Positions 16,768 through 25,832 of a stretch of 34,345 nucleotides of DNA are shown here, in pieces. This DNA is from Bdellovibrionales bacterium (GTDB taxonomy: Bacteria; Bdellovibrionota; Bdellovibrionia; Bdellovibrionales; JAMPXM01). Position 1 is the stretch's first letter, and every line of letters begins with the position of its first letter. The notes beneath the pieces are model-generated. The model was not told where the DNA came from. It was given only the letters and a program-made list of their open reading frames with translations, and did no database searches. Where the stretch lies: NCBI GenBank assembly GCA_043739185.1, contig JAYUEN010000388.1, positions 1 through 34,345 of the forward strand. The letters run 5' to 3'. The position numbers were made by a program, and so were the translations under genes.

Positions 16768-17583
16768 ATGAAGATTATATTTAGTGCATTTATTATTTTC
16801 TTACTCGCAAATTTTGCAAAAGCCGAAAGCGGAGGAAATTCTGTCGGCAATGGTGGTGACGCCTCAGCCGAAGAATTTGTTGAGTCTGCACGCAAATGCG
16901 TTCAATACTTAAATTCTGCTCAATTGGATTCAGGACTTTCTATCATTGTTTCGGTGATTGAAAACCATATTGGCTTGACCCAAGTCAATTCAACAGAAAA
17001 TGATCTTTGGCTCCGCGGAACTCAAGTTGATGCAATTAATTATCCAGAAGAGCATAAAATAATAATCAATCGAAAACGCTGGCAAACATTAAAACTTGGC
17101 CAAGTGGTGACGCGAATGACCTTGGTGTTGCATGAATATCTTGGCGTCGCCGGATTCGATGACGGCAAATATGAAATATCACAAAAACTAATTGAAATAA
17201 TTTCAGCTAAACTAAGCAAGAATTCAATTTCACTGCAGAGATTTCAAGGCTTGGTTGGTGCTTTTCGAACCAAAACAATGCTTTTGAAAATGGATATTGC
17301 GGACCTTAAAAAATCATTAAACACCCCCGCCAATTTGCAGGGATTCTGTTCTGATACTGGCGCCATCGACGCCTACTCAGAAATGAGCTCGCAAATTATT
17401 TTAGAAAATCTCGATTGGTTTGCTGGCCACGAATCTTGGGCTCAAGGTGCTGCAGATTCTTTTAACAACTTTGCCAAGAGCCTCAATCAACAGTGTTTCA
17501 CGCAAGTACTAGATTTAGATAAAGATGAAGCTCAAAATGAACAGATATCTTATTTATTGTTAAATCTACTTTTAGCTTTGTAA
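16768..17583 (+). CDS. Secreted protein with N-terminal GNSVGNGG motif and LVLHEYL segment
   Basis: 6 nt after the TIGR02147 stop, GAGG RBS; signal peptide ending AKA then ESGGNSVGNGGD; DAINYP..I.INR..W..LVLHEYLG. Confidence 0.85.
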   Translation: MKIIFSAFIIFLLANFAKAESGGNSVGNGGDASAEEFVESARKCVQYLNSAQLDSGLSIIVSVIENHIGLTQVNSTENDLWLRGTQVDAINYPEEHKIIINRKRWQTLKLGQVVTRMTLVLHEYLGVAGFDDGKYEISQKLIEIISAKLSKNSISLQRFQGLVGAFRTKTMLLKMDIADLKKSLNTPANLQGFCSDTGAIDAYSEMSSQIILENLDWFAGHESWAQGAADSFNNFAKSLNQQCFTQVLDLDKDEAQNEQISYLLLNLLLAL

Positions 17584-17622
17584 AATACTAAATAAGTAAA
17601 GCAGCTGACTATGACAATCAAG

Positions 17623-17886
17623 TTATTTGCCTTTGCCATCGAAGCCGTTATTCAATGAGCAAGAATTTGCCAATTTAAGATATTCGTCATACTTTTTGTT
17701 TTTTTCTGCGGAGGTTCCTTCTTTCAATGAGGCCGTTTCTTTTTTTGCCCAATCCCCGCATTTTTTAAACACATCTTTTGCCTTCATTTTTCGATCATTG
17801 TTAAATTTCGGACTCTGAACTGCATTTGCCACTGAAGTGGCGGCCAGTACAAATAGTAGAGTCGCACTTAATTTCATTAAATTCAT
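17623..17886 (-). CDS. Small secreted Lys-rich protein
   Basis: AGGAG RBS; signal peptide ending ANA; one Cys pair. Confidence 0.75.
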   Translation of the reverse strand: MNLMKLSATLLFVLAATSVANAVQSPKFNNDRKMKAKDVFKKCGDWAKKETASLKEGTSAEKNKKYDEYLKLANSCSLNNGFDGKGK

Positions 17887-18126
17887 TGGTTACTCCTTTG
17901 GTTTGCATCTTTTGAATGGTTCTAGGCCTTTTGTTTTGATTTTAAGGGGTCTGTTTCTCATTTCCAAATAATTTTTGCCGTCAATGCCAAAAGCTGTTTT
18001 TGAGTTGAAAACAATTAGAAGTTTATTATTCCAAACAAGATAACTCGACTTAGATTTCTTGACACACTTTTTTCTTATGAGACAATTTTGGAGCTTAACA
18101 AAATACAATCAAAGGGATGGGGACTT

Positions 18127-18651
18127 ATGAACAGACTAATAATCTTAATTTCAGTGTGCACTATATTTTTATCTCAGACTTTTACGTTTTGCCCCGCTCA
18201 GGCGGAGACTTTGTCGGTGGAGCAAAAGACACAACTTGAAAAGTGGCAGGCCTCACTCGATGATATTTCAGTTACTGAAAATACTTGGCCAAAGCAAATG
18301 TGTGAAAAAGACTTTCCGATTAAAATGGATGCTTCGCTAGTCGCTCCCTTTATGGCAGCCGGGAACGAAGCAAATTATTATTGTCGAGAAGTACGCGAAA
18401 AGCTTTCAACTATATGTCGGAACGCACAGTCTTACTTAAAAGAAGGCAATAAGAAGGACAATAAAAAACTTATAAATACATTGATCAACAAAATTACCTG
18501 CAAATTTAGCAAAGGAGCTGAGGACGATGCTCTTTTTGACCTTAATAAAGGTGAACTAATCGTGTCGATTGGAGCAAAGGCTTCAAACATCAGCGAAAAG
18601 CTTTTGTCTTTTCTTTATAAAAAGCAAGGTTTCAACCCGGGCAATCAATAA
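18127..18651 (+). CDS. Secreted hypothetical protein
   Basis: ATG at 18127 after GGGGA; signal peptide ending AQA; 4 mature Cys. Confidence 0.75.
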   Translation: MNRLIILISVCTIFLSQTFTFCPAQAETLSVEQKTQLEKWQASLDDISVTENTWPKQMCEKDFPIKMDASLVAPFMAAGNEANYYCREVREKLSTICRNAQSYLKEGNKKDNKKLINTLINKITCKFSKGAEDDALFDLNKGELIVSIGAKASNISEKLLSFLYKKQGFNPGNQ

Positions 18652-18658
18652 GATAACA

Positions 18659-18693
18659 AGTAGCAAAATATTTTGGATCATTGCTTTGCTACT
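18659..18693. terminator. Inverted repeat between convergent genes (possible bidirectional terminator)
   Basis: AGTAGCAAA-N17-TTTGCTACT. Confidence 0.45.
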
Positions 18694-19911
18694 TTAAATA
18701 CTTTGAGGAGTATGGCTTCTTAGGTTTCGGACCGGTAATTTAGCGGGTGATTTGCCAAAGGAATAAATGGTGGTTTGATAATTGCCATTTTGAACAAATA
18801 GCTGACAGCTTTGAACATCAATTGGAGTCGGGATTGCAAATCGCAATTGAGCGTTGCTATCTAGAGTGAGCGCATATTGGGCGAAGCTGTCGCCATCACA
18901 AGCGGCCCATACTTGATCACTATAGCCAGCGAATACACCTTCGACGACAAAATCTGCAAGATTCGGATTTCCCGAATGCAGGCCAAGTTCGAAAGCATTT
19001 TGAATACTTAAAATTGAATAAGTATTACTTTGAACTTGATTATTTGCCACTATGAATTGACAGCTTGAAAAATTATTTGGCGAGGGAATTGAAAGTTCAA
19101 TTTGAGATATACTATCGGACAAAAGGCTTGATTGTGCGGTGAAGTTCGAAGCGCCGTCACAAGATGAATAGACAACATCATTGCCATCGCCAACAAAAAG
19201 CCCTTTTAATTGAATGAGATCTGTATGCGGACCGCTCGCGCCGAGGTCTGAAACTTGATCTATCGCCATTACGTTGAAAACTTGGCTTTGTACGCCGTTA
19301 GCTTCAACGAAAAACTGGCAACTATTGAATTGACCAGGTGATAAAATCTCAAAATCAATTTCGTTTGAATCATCAATTGAAATAATTGCGGCGCGGGTGA
19401 AAACAGTAGCGCCATCACATGAAGACCAAACTTTATCAGAGCCCGTGAATTTTCCGTATATGACGAGATCATCATTTGAAGAGCCGCCAATAAAACCCCG
19501 ATCGTATGCAAAATTTATTTCAAGTGCGCCCTGCGAATGTGACAGTGTTAAGGCTTCTGAATTGTTGCTGAATTGTGAGCCATTTTGAACTTGAAAGCTG
19601 CAGGCATCATCAAGAGGTGCCATCTCAATAATAATTTGATCTTTGTTGTCGCTTAAGATTGAAAAGCTAGGATTGGCATTGGCAGCACAAATTGGCTTTA
19701 TTTGATCACCAGTACCGATAAAGCTTCCGTCAAATTCAATCATGATCTGATTGCTCTTTCCAATTCCAAAGCTTATTGTCTGATCAATGTTCATGGTGCT
19801 CGTAACAGTGACCGCAGGCGTGCCATTATTATTAGTTGTGCCATTTGAACAGCCGCAAATGAAAAACCCCAAACTGAGTGCCAGCAAGCTTTTAGAATAG
19901 AGACTTTTCAT
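18694..19911 (-). CDS. Lipoprotein with four internal ~85-aa IPT/TIG-like repeats
   Basis: Lipobox ICGC; 4x [G.F.G..D.V...C(DG)...QI......SCQF.V.N..QS]; GGAGG RBS. Confidence 0.8.
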   Translation of the reverse strand: MKSLYSKSLLALSLGFFICGCSNGTTNNNGTPAVTVTSTMNIDQTISFGIGKSNQIMIEFDGSFIGTGDQIKPICAANANPSFSILSDNKDQIIIEMAPLDDACSFQVQNGSQFSNNSEALTLSHSQGALEINFAYDRGFIGGSSNDDLVIYGKFTGSDKVWSSCDGATVFTRAAIISIDDSNEIDFEILSPGQFNSCQFFVEANGVQSQVFNVMAIDQVSDLGASGPHTDLIQLKGLFVGDGNDVVYSSCDGASNFTAQSSLLSDSISQIELSIPSPNNFSSCQFIVANNQVQSNTYSILSIQNAFELGLHSGNPNLADFVVEGVFAGYSDQVWAACDGDSFAQYALTLDSNAQLRFAIPTPIDVQSCQLFVQNGNYQTTIYSFGKSPAKLPVRNLRSHTPQSI

Positions 19912-19940
19912 AATGTAGTTCCTCCGTTAGATATTAGTAA

Positions 19941-19956
19941 AGCAAGCTCAAGGCCT
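19941..19956 (-). promoter_or_regulatory. Putative sigma54 (-24/-12) promoter
   Basis: Minus strand AGGCCTTGAGCTTGCT = GG-N10-GC with TTGC, about 30 nt upstream of the ATG at 19911. Confidence 0.55.
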
Positions 19957-20145
19957 AGTTCGCAGCCTTTTACCGAGGGTAGTTCGTTTAAAATTACTTG
20001 GATTGATTCAAATTTTTGTCACCGAACAACAAATTGACAAAGCTGCCCAATTTTGTCGATTCAGACATAAAACAAACAGAAACCTAACTAGCCCATTCTC
20101 TTGAAATGTACTTATATTTTGGTACAACCTAACAAGGAGAAGAAA

Positions 20146-20418
20146 ATGATTAAACCTATCCTGCTCGTTGTTCTTTTTTCAATATATCTTCCGAATTTGT
20201 GCGCAAAAGAAAATCCAGAGAATTTTCAGAAATGTGCGTCATCTGATCCTTCATGGATGAGCCGATTTGGTCAGTATATAGTTTCAACTGACCTCGGACA
20301 GGCCTACGATATTTGCCGCCAAAAAGCTTGGCCCAATACAAATATTACTGCCGTACCCGCGGGCTGTCACTTCGAAGGACATTGGCTGCGTGCAGGTTAC
20401 TACTGTCAGAGTCGATAA
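20146..20418 (+). CDS. Small secreted protein
   Basis: AGGAGA RBS before ATG 20146 (MIKPILLVVLF..LCA); 4 mature Cys. Confidence 0.72.
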   Translation: MIKPILLVVLFSIYLPNLCAKENPENFQKCASSDPSWMSRFGQYIVSTDLGQAYDICRQKAWPNTNITAVPAGCHFEGHWLRAGYYCQSR

Positions 20419-20436
20419 GATTCGATAAGGATTGAT

Positions 20437-21099
20437 GTGACTACAACTCGAATTCTTCATCACGCCGACGCAATTACTTGGCTATCTCAAATGCGGGCTC
20501 CACTTCGGGGAGCCTCGATTGTGACTTCAATGCCCGATGTGTCGGAGTTTCCTCGATTTTCTCTTGAAGAATGGAAGGCCTGGTTTACAAACGCAGCGAG
20601 GCTGGTATTGTCCTGTTGCCCGCCCGACGGCGTCACTATTTTTTATCAAACCGACATTAAAAAAAATGGGGTATGGTTAGACAAATCCTTTTTATGCCAA
20701 AAGGTCGCAGCTGAAACGGGCGACGAATTGATCGCACATAAAATTATTTGTCGCTCCCCACCGGGTGTCACTAGTTTCGGACGCATCGGCTATTCGCATC
20801 TTTTATGTTTTTCAAAAACGATAAGGCCGGACACCTCAAATTCCTCAGCAGACGTTTTGCCGCAAGCAGGGCCGACCACATGGACACGCGGAATGGGCCT
20901 AGAGGCCTGTCGCCTGGCCTGTGAGTTCATTAAGACCAATACGACATCGCATACAATCCTTGATCCATTTTGTGGCCACGGCACTGTTTTGGGAGTTGCC
21001 AATGACTTTGGTTTTCATGCTATCGGGGTTGATCGTAGTTTGAAGTGCATTCGAAAAGCTAAATCAGTTAAAACTGGGCCCTTAGACTGTAAAATTTGA
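20437..21099 (+). CDS. SAM-dependent methyltransferase, N4/N6 DNA-methylase-like fold
   Basis: IVTSMPD (motif IV-like) near the N-terminus and ILDPFCGHGT..AIGVD (motif I) near the C-terminus, i.e. beta-class order. Confidence 0.75.
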   Translation: MTTTRILHHADAITWLSQMRAPLRGASIVTSMPDVSEFPRFSLEEWKAWFTNAARLVLSCCPPDGVTIFYQTDIKKNGVWLDKSFLCQKVAAETGDELIAHKIICRSPPGVTSFGRIGYSHLLCFSKTIRPDTSNSSADVLPQAGPTTWTRGMGLEACRLACEFIKTNTTSHTILDPFCGHGTVLGVANDFGFHAIGVDRSLKCIRKAKSVKTGPLDCKI

Positions 21100-21158
21100 A
21101 AATTAAGCGAAGTTTCATATTGGCTAGTTCAATTTGTTGGATCTTTTTCAACCAGTTT

Positions 21159-23681
21159 TTACTTAGTTGAATCATATTTTTGTCCGTCGTTTTTACAGGT
21201 CTTGCTGTTTGCCGCGAGCGGAACACAAATTTTCACACTCCCTGAACATGCAACGCCATAACCGTTTGAAGCAGTAAAAGATATTATATAAACGCGACCA
21301 TTGCCACCGCCTTGGCGTTCTTGTCGGATCAAAGCGTAGCCAGGTTTGATGACTCCATCAATTGGTGTGTCTCCATCACCGAGACCATTTGTCGGTTCAT
21401 CTTGTGAAATTTTCGTAATGATAATTTTATTGCCTTGGTCATGTTCGTGGCCAATTTCGAAAACATTGACTACATCAATTTCTTGTAATTTGTGATTGGG
21501 CGGCCACAATACGTTCTTGTTTGCGAGAGCCAAATCACAAATTGGTGGAGCAGAAATTGGGTTCACTGTAATTACCACAGTCGATGCAAGGCTTGATAGT
21601 GCCCCGTCATTTACAATTAACGAAAAGCTCAATTGAGTAATTGTCGAGACCTCAGGAGCAATCAATCGCGAATGAGGCGAATTGTTTGAATCCATAACCG
21701 CTGTTGGACCACCTGTCTGCTGCCATAAATAAGATATTGGATCACCGTTCGGATCATAGGATCCCGAACCATCAAGGCTAACAATATCGGTTGATTGTAC
21801 AGTCTGAGGCGAACCCGCGTTTGCTATTGGTGCAATGTTTAGTCTCTGCACTGTTATAATAACCGAAGCCGAACTATTCAATTGGCCATCGCTGACGGTG
21901 ACTTTAAAATTTAAATTGGTGTTGTTCGAAAATGCGGGAGCCGTAAAACTTGCAATTGCTGAGTGCGAATTCATAATCGTCACCGCAGGGCCTGAGACTT
22001 CGCTCCACACATAGGTTAAAGAATCGCCATCGGGGTCATAACTATCAGAGGCATTTAAATTTATGAAAGCGCCCGAAGTAACAATTTGAGTTGAGCCAGC
22101 ACTTGCAACCGGCGCATGATTCACGTTTTTGATATCTATGTTCACCAAGGCGGCAGCACTTGAAAGCTGCCCATCACTTACAATCAAACTAAACGAAACA
22201 GTGGCGCCGGCAGTTGCAACAATTGGTGCAACAAATGTGGGACGGGCTGGATTAGCTAAATTTAAAGTTACGATGGGGCCGCCAATCTGCGACCAAGAAT
22301 AAGTGATGGCATCTTTGTCAGGATCAGAGCTACTTGTGCCATCAAGACTGACAGGCGTTTGCATAAAGACTGTTTGATCTTGACCTGCGCTTGCGACCGG
22401 GGGCCGATTTACATAATTAATTTTGATAAAAATCGGTGCTGAAGTATTTGTGAGTGAGCCATCTGAAGTCGTTAAGACAAAGCTTAATATCGCCCCTGAA
22501 AGCGGAACTTCTGGAGCGGTGAATGAGGGATTCGGTAGAGAAGACATACCGAGTGTAACACTTGGCCCAGAAATCTGGCTCCACTGATAACTTATTGGAT
22601 CATTATCTGGATCAAAGCTAGAAGTACCATCTAAATTCACAATTGTTCTTTCATCAACAATTTGATTTGGTCCCGCAATCGCAACCGGGGGTCGATTCAC
22701 ATTGTTGATCTGAATTTTGACTATCGACGGAGCACTTTGCAAAAAGGCATCGCTTGCGATCAACTGAAAAGAAATCAGGACTCCCGCGGCACCCACCTCG
22801 GGAGCAACAAAATTTGGGGTACTAGTGTGACTCCCATTTAGAACGACTGCAGGGCCCGATACTTGAGTCCAATTGTAAATCAACGGGTCGCCATCCGGAT
22901 CATAAGTGGCAGTACCGCTTAGTTGCACAAGCGTACGTTCATTGGCAGCAAAGTCGGCTCCTGCAATAGCCACGGGGGCGCGGTCAGGATTATTAACCAA
23001 AATTCTCACGCTTGCTACTGAGCTGCTGAGAAATCCATCTGATACAGTCAGAGAAAATTGCAGGCTCGTTCCTGCCAGTGATACGAAGGGCGCCATAAAA
23101 CTAGGGTGAACGGGATCTGAGAGATCAAGGATGACATTTGGTCCTGAGGTTTGTGACCAAAAATAGGTCAGCGGATTGGTATCAGGATCAAAAGACGCCG
23201 AAGCATCAAGTTTAACAAGAACATTTTGATTCACGGACTGCCCAGATCCTGCATTGGCAACTGGAGGTCTGTTCACAGAGGCCACAAAAATATTAACGAA
23301 GGCAGGCACGCTCAAACTCAAACCATCAGAGACTGTCAATTGAAACACCAAGACATCGCCATTGGGGCCAACAGCTGGCGCCACAAGAGAAGGGTTCACG
23401 CTATTGGCATTTATCAATATGGCTGCCGGGCCTGAAGCCTGCGACCACTGGTAAGAAATATTAGTTGGGTCAATGACAAAGCTACTACTTCCGTCGAGAA
23501 CTACCGCATCTCCTTCATTGACGTATTGATCATATCCGGCGTTAGCAGTTGGTACAAACCCAGAAATGATTGGAATGCCTTTCGCCGAAGGACTGGCCAA
23601 AAGAACTACGAGGAAACTCCTAAGCATGATCCGCAAGGTTGAGTTCGCGTGACTTGATAAATTCCAACTAAATGTCCTCAT
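21159..23681 (-). CDS. Secreted protein with 7 tandem PKD/REJ-like Ig repeats and C-terminal LWPPNHK domain
   Basis: 7x PVAxAG.Q.V....V.LD.S.S.DPD.D...Y.W.Q.SGP...F.L.VSDG; C-terminal LWPPNHK...RQERQGGGNGRVY; start at ATG 23681 after AAGGGG. Confidence 0.88.
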   Translation of the reverse strand: MRTFSWNLSSHANSTLRIMLRSFLVVLLASPSAKGIPIISGFVPTANAGYDQYVNEGDAVVLDGSSSFVIDPTNISYQWSQASGPAAILINANSVNPSLVAPAVGPNGDVLVFQLTVSDGLSLSVPAFVNIFVASVNRPPVANAGSGQSVNQNVLVKLDASASFDPDTNPLTYFWSQTSGPNVILDLSDPVHPSFMAPFVSLAGTSLQFSLTVSDGFLSSSVASVRILVNNPDRAPVAIAGADFAANERTLVQLSGTATYDPDGDPLIYNWTQVSGPAVVLNGSHTSTPNFVAPEVGAAGVLISFQLIASDAFLQSAPSIVKIQINNVNRPPVAIAGPNQIVDERTIVNLDGTSSFDPDNDPISYQWSQISGPSVTLGMSSLPNPSFTAPEVPLSGAILSFVLTTSDGSLTNTSAPIFIKINYVNRPPVASAGQDQTVFMQTPVSLDGTSSSDPDKDAITYSWSQIGGPIVTLNLANPARPTFVAPIVATAGATVSFSLIVSDGQLSSAAALVNIDIKNVNHAPVASAGSTQIVTSGAFINLNASDSYDPDGDSLTYVWSEVSGPAVTIMNSHSAIASFTAPAFSNNTNLNFKVTVSDGQLNSSASVIITVQRLNIAPIANAGSPQTVQSTDIVSLDGSGSYDPNGDPISYLWQQTGGPTAVMDSNNSPHSRLIAPEVSTITQLSFSLIVNDGALSSLASTVVITVNPISAPPICDLALANKNVLWPPNHKLQEIDVVNVFEIGHEHDQGNKIIITKISQDEPTNGLGDGDTPIDGVIKPGYALIRQERQGGGNGRVYIISFTASNGYGVACSGSVKICVPLAANSKTCKNDGQKYDSTK

Positions 23682-23994
23682 ATAAATCCCCTTAAAGCCG
23701 CCGTCAGCCAATACTGGTGCGTGTTTGCAGGCTAACACGAGGAGCTCGGCTCGCAAAGATATCTAATTCTGAGATGGGTCATAATGAAAACTTCGAAAAA
23801 AGCGAAGTACTTATTCGCAGTTCAATCGGAATCTTTAGACACTTTTTTCTGGTTTCGAGCGAAATGAATATTTAAAAATGAAGTTTCGGAAAGAAATTAC
23901 TCAAAGCCACCAGAGAGTTAAGTCAAAAATGTGCCTTGTTCGCTCGATCTATTGACAGACCTATACTTTGAATCGAAACTAAAACCGAGGTTGC

Positions 23995-25731
23995 ATGAGC
24001 ATAAAAGTTAGTGGCTTATTTTTTTTACTTTGTGTTTCCTGCGCGAGTAACCCATACCTTGGGGGATCGGCAAATACTTTCAAAAGAGAAAGATTACCCT
24101 TTCCGACCTATATTCAATTTAAAGTATCTCAAGGAGCTTTTGGAAAAGCCTCGCATCTTGAAAAAGCTAATGAATACTCTTGGGATTTTGACGTCCCATA
24201 TGGAACTCCGGTTGTATCGGTTGAAAACGGCAAAATCATTGAGGTTTGGCAACCCAACAAAGGTGGCGGCTGCGATCCGCAATTCGAAGGCCTAGCACAC
24301 AATATTAAAGTCGAACATGAAGACGGAACAGTCGCCCAGTACGTTCATATTGCATCGAAACTTAAGCGCGGAGATTATGTGCGAGAGGGTCAACAAATTG
24401 CCGTGACCGCAATGAATGGTCACATTTGCCAACCCCAACTTCATTTTGGAATTTATCGATCAAAAGATCACCTCTATTCATCTTTACAGCGAGAAACGCT
24501 TCCGGTTTATTTTGATGGTTTGGGTAAAGCGATTGAGGGAGCTTCAGGGGAGGTTCCGGCAGGTTTACAAATTGAAGTCGTGAAGGAAACTTCTGATACA
24601 CCGAAAACCGTTCAACTAGTGAAAGATCTTGTTCAAAAATTTGATCTTTCTCCATATTTCTTTACGCGAAAAATTCAAATCGAGAAATTTGTTATTCCGC
24701 ACGATTATCCAGTCCTGACCTTAAATCCTTCTCATAATGATGAGCCCGATTTTTTGCTATCGACTTTTTTACATGAGGAGCTGCATCGATTTTTAAGTGG
24801 GCCTAACGAACAAAAAACGCAAGCGGTGATTCGTAAGCTTCGCGAAAAGTTCGCCCATGTTGCTGTTGGCGGGCAGGCTGGAGCTTCGGATGAAGCTTCT
24901 TCGTATTTACATTTGGTGGTTTGTTGGTTTGAGCTTCAGGCCGACAAAAAATATTTAGGAAATGATCGCGCCTACGAAGTGATTCGCTCCACCAAACATT
25001 ATACTTGGATTTACGAGCATGTGCTCAGTTATGAAAAGTATATTGGCGATTTAATTGCCCGAAACGGACTAAGCTTTGAGCCCGCCGTCGAAGTATTTGC
25101 CAGCAATTTTACCGAAGTAACAGCAGATATTCAGAAGTTCGACAAAGGACTTTTAAAAATGAAGAAAGCTCACCATAACTCAGTCAAAGATAAACTTAAG
25201 CAAATGTACGAGATCGATCAGTATACCCGTGATTATTTTATGAACCTCCCTTTCACGAAGAAATACAGTCCCGCACAAACAAAAGAATTTCAGAAGATAT
25301 TTGTTAGTCGTATGGCGAGCGTTGATAGAGCAAATACCATCGAGCTTAAGGAAATACTCACCAAGCGAGATTGGATTAAAATTAGTGAATTTGGTAAGCA
25401 GGCTGATAAGCAAGCGTGGATTATTGTGCAACACGCTGACCTTGATATCGATTTTCAAAAGCATATTTTGAGTATTTTAACTGGTCTCGTGAAAACTCAT
25501 GAGACCGATGCCGCCGATTATGCCTATCTAGTTGATCGTGTCGCAAGTTCCTTTGGCGATCCTACACAAAGAACTTTGCAGAAATTTGGGACTCAAGGAT
25601 CTTGCGTTGGTCCTGGGGAGTGGCAGCCCTTAGAGTCTGAAGATCCCGCGAACTTAGATCAAAGAAGACATGATGTTGGTCTCCCGCCAGAGGCAGAGTA
25701 TATCAAGATTTTCAAAGACATTTGTCACTAA
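23995..25731 (+). CDS. Lipoprotein fusion: M23 peptidase-like + HExxH domain + DUF6624-like domain
   Basis: Lipobox CVSC; SH..WDFDVPYGTPV, IKVEHEDGT.AQYVH, PQLHFG; FLHEELH; DQYTR, D.ANT, AWIIVQHAD, YAYLVDRV, QKFGTQ, LDQRR..VGLPP. Confidence 0.82.
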   Translation: MSIKVSGLFFLLCVSCASNPYLGGSANTFKRERLPFPTYIQFKVSQGAFGKASHLEKANEYSWDFDVPYGTPVVSVENGKIIEVWQPNKGGGCDPQFEGLAHNIKVEHEDGTVAQYVHIASKLKRGDYVREGQQIAVTAMNGHICQPQLHFGIYRSKDHLYSSLQRETLPVYFDGLGKAIEGASGEVPAGLQIEVVKETSDTPKTVQLVKDLVQKFDLSPYFFTRKIQIEKFVIPHDYPVLTLNPSHNDEPDFLLSTFLHEELHRFLSGPNEQKTQAVIRKLREKFAHVAVGGQAGASDEASSYLHLVVCWFELQADKKYLGNDRAYEVIRSTKHYTWIYEHVLSYEKYIGDLIARNGLSFEPAVEVFASNFTEVTADIQKFDKGLLKMKKAHHNSVKDKLKQMYEIDQYTRDYFMNLPFTKKYSPAQTKEFQKIFVSRMASVDRANTIELKEILTKRDWIKISEFGKQADKQAWIIVQHADLDIDFQKHILSILTGLVKTHETDAADYAYLVDRVASSFGDPTQRTLQKFGTQGSCVGPGEWQPLESEDPANLDQRRHDVGLPPEAEYIKIFKDICH

Positions 25732-25832
25732 GGGCCCGTCTAAAAATTTTCAGATAGCCGCGGACCATTGCCGATTGCCCTAGGTGATTTATATGATATC
25801 GTTTGGTAAAATTTGCGAAGGAGAAATGATCA

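Noticed and set aside
23682..23756. Upstream TTG start of the PKD gene (likewise track starts 10096, 18088, 20101)
   Set aside because: Downstream ATGs have better RBS and place the signal peptides nearer the N-terminus.
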